From Candidatus Aenigmatarchaeota archaeon (GTDB taxonomy: Archaea; Aenigmatarchaeota; Aenigmatarchaeia; Aenigmatarchaeales; JACQIB01): 10,085 bases of DNA. This document shows, piece by piece, positions 6,643 through 10,085 of this stretch. The notes under the pieces are model-generated. The model was not told the DNA's origin. It was given only the letters and a program-made list of their open reading frames with translations, and did not search any database. Position numbers and translations under genes: made by a program. Location of the stretch: NCBI GenBank assembly GCA_046760225.1, contig JBHIDR010000025.1:1-10085 (forward strand). Direction: 5' to 3'. How positions within the stretch are numbered: position 1 is the stretch's first letter; the number at the start of each line of letters is the position of its first letter.

Positions 6643-8502
6643 ATGTTCAGAAGAGTATTTTTCGCCTTCATAATAAGCAGCATTCTCCTATTTTCATTTG
6701 GGCTTGCAATACTACCAACAGAGAATCCGCAATGGTTATCTGTAAACTGGGACAAGCAGACAGTGGATGCAGGAGATAATGTCACTCTTATGGCATGTTG
6801 GAACACCACAGTATTGCCTGTCCATGCGGCTGTACTTAAAATCTCATATGATGACAAGACCTATGAGGCTGTTGATATCTCTCCTGATTGGTTCGTGCCT
6901 TCAGCTGAACCACCATGCAACATGTCTCAATTCGAATTTGACACAACAGGATATTTCGGCACAATCTACTGGGGGATTGAGGGGATATACATCGGTGTAC
7001 CTGCGAACGTAACAAACTTCACAGCCTATCCGCCTGGAAAAGCAGGCATAATAGGAATAACAGACAGGGAAAGCCCGACATGGAGCAACCAGAAGCAGGA
7101 AAAGGACGAGATAGCACCCGGAGAAACAAACAATCTTTCTGCAAAGTTCAGCGACAATATTGGTATTGCAAGTGCGAGCTTGTGGACAAATGAGACAGGT
7201 GACTGGGAGGAAAAGCAAACACTTGATTTTGTGGAAGAATATGCGCATGCTGCAGCAGAAGATCTGGTCTCCGAGGGAGCGCTTTCAGGCACATCAGCAG
7301 ACGTAACAAGTGATGCTGACTGTGATCCTATTACAGGTTGCATGTATCAAGCACAGGGGTTTGTTCCTTCTGAGCCGAAGCTGGCTGGGGTTGATGTCAA
7401 GCTTACAAAAAGCGCTACTCCTCTGGGGAATCTTATACTGGAGATATACCCTGACAATGCAACAGGCTATCCTGATATGACAGGAGAAGCACTGACAAAT
7501 GCGAGCATGTGGGCAGGTGATATTACAGAGCAGAAGTTTTATTATTTTGACCTTCCTGATGTTGAGCTTGAGGAAGACGCACTTTATCACATGGTGCTGA
7601 GGGGCAGCAGAGATACAAACGTTGGAGTATTCATGTCAGAGAACAGCTATGCAGATTCAAATTCCTCAAACAGCAAGGACGGAGGAAGCACATGGAAGAG
7701 CTATGCCTCAGACTGGAACTTCATCACGTACTATGTAAAGGAAGTACCGAAGATATTTCCGAAAGAGGTTGATGCTGAATTTGAGTGGAGCAATGGAGAA
7801 GGCAAAGTTAGCTGGAAGATTTCTGCAAGGGATGTGAGCGACAGGGAGAATGAGACAGACATCATGACATTCTCTGTTAAAGCTGCATGCCCGACATGCC
7901 CGGACTGTACTGAATGGGGGGACTGTGAGCAGGTTGAGGCGGGCAGAAGGGAAGGCACAAGGCAAAGGATATGCTATAACTGCAGTGCTGAGACAGGCTA
8001 TGTTTGCAAGCCTTATACAAAAACAGAGAACTGCACACTTGCATTCATAAAGGAGGATGCAGATGCAGCACTAGCAGCAGCTGAGGCTGCAATAAACCTT
8101 TCAAAGGAGCAGAACCTGAACACAACAGAAGCTGAATTCCTACTTGCTGAAGCAAGGGCAGCTCATGCGAACTCTGAGTGGGAAGAAGCAGTAACAAAGG
8201 CAAATGCAGCAAAGGCTGCTGCAGAGGGTGCAGAGCCGCTACCAGTGCCAGGAATAGGCATTGAGATAATAATCATCATAATTGTTGTTCTCCTGGCTGC
8301 TGTACTGGGGGTGCTGTTCCTCACAGGAAAGATAAAGCTGAAAAGGAAGCCAAAGGAAAGGAAGTGCGTTGTATGCGGGAAAAAGCTGACTGACGGCTTC
8401 AAGTGCAAGGAATGCAAAAAGGACGTGTGCTTTGATGACGCAAGGACAATGGAGGGAGAAGTATACTGCACGAACTGCCTGAAGAAGAAAGGAGTTCTTT
8501 AA
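6643..8502 (+). CDS. G5: type I membrane surface glycoprotein with Ig-like repeats, an inserted beta domain, TSP1-like module, helical stalk, TM and cytoplasmic zinc finger (619 aa)
   Basis: Classical signal peptide (MFRRVFFAFIISSILLFSFG), Ig-like repeats homologous to G3/G4 (DRESPTWSNQ...ENETDIMTFSV), WGDC module (7888-8034), stalk homologous to G1/G2 (8047-8235), TM, then a C-x2-C array (8365-8478). Confidence 0.9.
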   Translation: MFRRVFFAFIISSILLFSFGLAILPTENPQWLSVNWDKQTVDAGDNVTLMACWNTTVLPVHAAVLKISYDDKTYEAVDISPDWFVPSAEPPCNMSQFEFDTTGYFGTIYWGIEGIYIGVPANVTNFTAYPPGKAGIIGITDRESPTWSNQKQEKDEIAPGETNNLSAKFSDNIGIASASLWTNETGDWEEKQTLDFVEEYAHAAAEDLVSEGALSGTSADVTSDADCDPITGCMYQAQGFVPSEPKLAGVDVKLTKSATPLGNLILEIYPDNATGYPDMTGEALTNASMWAGDITEQKFYYFDLPDVELEEDALYHMVLRGSRDTNVGVFMSENSYADSNSSNSKDGGSTWKSYASDWNFITYYVKEVPKIFPKEVDAEFEWSNGEGKVSWKISARDVSDRENETDIMTFSVKAACPTCPDCTEWGDCEQVEAGRREGTRQRICYNCSAETGYVCKPYTKTENCTLAFIKEDADAALAAAEAAINLSKEQNLNTTEAEFLLAEARAAHANSEWEEAVTKANAAKAAAEGAEPLPVPGIGIEIIIIIIVVLLAAVLGVLFLTGKIKLKRKPKERKCVVCGKKLTDGFKCKECKKDVCFDDARTMEGEVYCTNCLKKKGVL

Positions 8503-8505
8503 ATA
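8498..8505 (+). promoter_or_regulatory. Putative TATA box (overlapping the G5 stop codon) for the 8528 gene
   Basis: TTTAAATA 30 nt before ATG 8528 with no SD motif, consistent with a leaderless transcript. Confidence 0.5.
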
Positions 8506-8527
8506 AATAAAATAATAAGTAGTTCTT

Positions 8528-8929
8528 ATGGTAGACATTGCTCTTGTTGCTGGTGCAGCAATTGTTGCAGCGGTTGTTCTGGCAGCTGCAGCATACAAGA
8601 GGCGACCTGAGACAGACTGGCGCAGGGTAACACGCCGCCATCTTCCCCATCCCAACCTCAAGGAAGAGGAAATCAACAAGGTATATGACAGGGATGATTT
8701 TGAAAAGGCAGTTGTTACAAGCGAGGTAAGGCACTATTCAGGAAAAAGGGTTGTGAACAGGGCACTCAAGGGAAGGTACACAAAGAACGAGCTGCTCGAT
8801 GATATAACAGAAGATGTGAACAAAAGGGCAGGAGACATACTGCTTCCGCAGGAAAGGAAGAAGGTCGTGAACACGTCTTATAACAAGATTTTGGGAGAAT
8901 GGAACAGGGCAAGAAAGAGGAGAAGGTAA
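8528..8929 (+). CDS. Hypothetical protein, N-terminal TM anchor plus a basic, probably helical soluble domain (133 aa)
   Basis: ORF fills the gap between two AT-rich spacers. Hydrophobic residues 4-23 are followed by KRR (N-out/C-in by the positive-inside rule). No family recognised. Confidence 0.75.
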   Translation: MVDIALVAGAAIVAAVVLAAAAYKRRPETDWRRVTRRHLPHPNLKEEEINKVYDRDDFEKAVVTSEVRHYSGKRVVNRALKGRYTKNELLDDITEDVNKRAGDILLPQERKKVVNTSYNKILGEWNRARKRRR

Positions 8930-8959
8930 AAATATACGTAAGCTTGTGTAATTTTTCTT

Positions 8960-10085
8960 ATGCCACTGGAGCCGATAATAATAGGCAGGGAGCCTGATGA
9001 CATAAGGAAGTACGGGAAGAGGGGCACAGCATTCATAGGCAAGCATGTGGTAGGGACTGGGTTTGAAACGCACCTGACCAACCCTGTTCTCATGGACATG
9101 ATGCGGCCCCATGTTATGCTGATAGTGGGCAAACGTGGAACAGGGAAGTGCCTTCATGGAGATTCCTTAATACCTCTCAGCAATGGCTCACTCGTGCCAA
9201 TAAAAGACCTCTCAAAAAGGAAGGAAAAAATCTATAGTCTGGATGAGAGGTTAAAAATAAAAGAAAATGAAATGATGGAATTCTACGAACGGGAGGTTAA
9301 TACATTGATTCGGCTACGGTTACGAAGCGGACGAGAGATACAGCTTACTGAAGAGCATCCTCTCTTAACACTACGTGGTTGGAGACCAGTCATTGAATTG
9401 GGTATTGGCAGTCGCATAGCAACACCCAGGCGAATATTTGCTTTAGGTTCGACAGAAATGCCAGAGCATGAAGTGAAGCTGCTTGCCTACCTTATAGCAG
9501 AAGGTCACGTGAGCAATAATTTTGTCCTATTCAGCAACGCGTCCAAGCAGATATTAAATGACTTTACAGAAAGCATCAGGCTGTTTGATCCTACACTTGA
9601 AATAAAGGAACATAGCAAACCAGGCTGCTATAGGGTAACGAAAAGCAAAGAAGAAATCCTGAAAACCAGTGCTATGAGGAATGCTAATGGGACTTTTGTG
9701 AGCAGAAAGAGCTCTCTAGTTAAATGGCTTACTTCGCTAGGGTTATATGGCAAGCTGTCCAAAAACAAGTTTATACCAGAATGCATATTCAAGCTGCCTA
9801 AGGGGCAGCTGACACTGTTCCTGAACCGCATGTTCAGTTGCGACGGAAGCATATACAAGAGCAGAAAAGGCAGCAAAAAAGTATGGGAAATATCATATTC
9901 CTCCTCCTCTAAAAAACTAGCACATCAAATGCAGCACTTACTGCTAAGGTTTGGTATACTCTCGAAACTGCGGAAGAGGGATATGAGATACCAAGGAAAG
10001 GTATTCAAAAGCTATGAATTGGTTATTGGTTCGTACAACATACCTCCTTTTATGAAGGAGATAGGATTTTTTGGCGAAAAGGAGA
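8960..10085 (+). CDS. HerA/DUF87-type (FtsK-HerA superfamily) P-loop ATPase with an intein; runs off the window end
   Basis: Manual translation from ATG 8960 gives MPLEPIIIGREPDDIRKYGKRGTAFIGKHVVGTGFETHLTNPVLMDMMRPHVMLIVGKRGTGK|CLHGDS..., open for 375 codons to the edge. The 'PV.xD...PHxxLIVGKRGxGK' Walker A context is typical of DUF87/HerA-like ATPases. Confidence 0.85.
   Translation, partial: MPLEPIIIGREPDDIRKYGKRGTAFIGKHVVGTGFETHLTNPVLMDMMRPHVMLIVGKRGTGKCLHGDSLIPLSNGSLVPIKDLSKRKEKIYSLDERLKIKENEMMEFYEREVNTLIRLRLRSGREIQLTEEHPLLTLRGWRPVIELGIGSRIATPRRIFALGSTEMPEHEVKLLAYLIAEGHVSNNFVLFSNASKQILNDFTESIRLFDPTLEIKEHSKPGCYRVTKSKEEILKTSAMRNANGTFVSRKSSLVKWLTSLGLYGKLSKNKFIPECIFKLPKGQLTLFLNRMFSCDGSIYKSRKGSKKVWEISYSSSSKKLAHQMQHLLLRFGILSKLRKRDMRYQGKVFKSYELVIGSYNIPPFMKEIGFFGEKE
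9149..10085 (+). mobile_element. Intein with LAGLIDADG homing endonuclease (C-terminal end outside the window)
   Basis: Block A CLHGDSLIPLSNG starts at 9149, directly after the Walker A GK. Block B GREIQLTEEHPLL (TxxH at 9347-9358) is followed by GWRP...LGIGSRIATPR. LAGLIDADG motifs are LLAYLIAEG (9479-9505) and FLNRMFSCDG (9818-9847), followed by SKKLAHQMQHLLLRFGI. Confidence 0.95.

Noticed and set aside
8940..8945. Third intergenic AAGCTT upstream of the ATPase as part of a shared operator
   Set aside because: It lacks the flanking mirror TATA boxes, and AAGCTT also occurs within coding sequence, so chance is sufficient.
412..9876. Numerous minus-strand and alternate-frame ORFs (e.g. 2862..3437, 4997..5602, 5618..6130, 8239..8679, 8738..9157, 9628..9876)
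   Set aside because: They overlap well-supported genes, have no recognisable motifs or promoters, and mostly mirror the sense codons.
382..10085. Provirus or integrated element
   Set aside because: No integrase, capsid, terminase or att-like repeats were seen, and the array is interleaved with housekeeping-type genes (aspS, EMC6-like).

Overview
Archaeal chromosomal region. TATA-box promoters, an archaeal-type AspRS and the ATPase family suggest a DPANN lineage, which is an inference. From left to right: the 5' part of aspS (minus strand, absent from the ORF track); five co-oriented, membrane-anchored, Cys-rich surface (glyco)protein genes (G1-G5, 382-8502); a small antisense EMC6-like membrane protein gene between G1 and G2; a 133-aa single-TM basic protein; and a HerA/DUF87-type P-loop ATPase (8960 to the window end, also absent from the ORF track). 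The ATPase's Walker A motif is interrupted by an intein carrying a LAGLIDADG homing endonuclease. G1-G5 are built from a shared module kit: PGF-pre-PGF, Ig-like repeats, TSP1-like Cys module, Ala-rich helical stalk and CGN Cys repeats. The most notable signals are the mosaic architecture of this array, different domains inserted into the same loop of the Ig-like repeat, a shared T-[GA]-[YF]-[VI] motif after the N-terminal hydrophobic segment, and a cytoplasmic double zinc finger on G5. No rRNA, tRNA, CRISPR array or transposase was seen. Family assignments come from motif recognition by eye, not from database searches.
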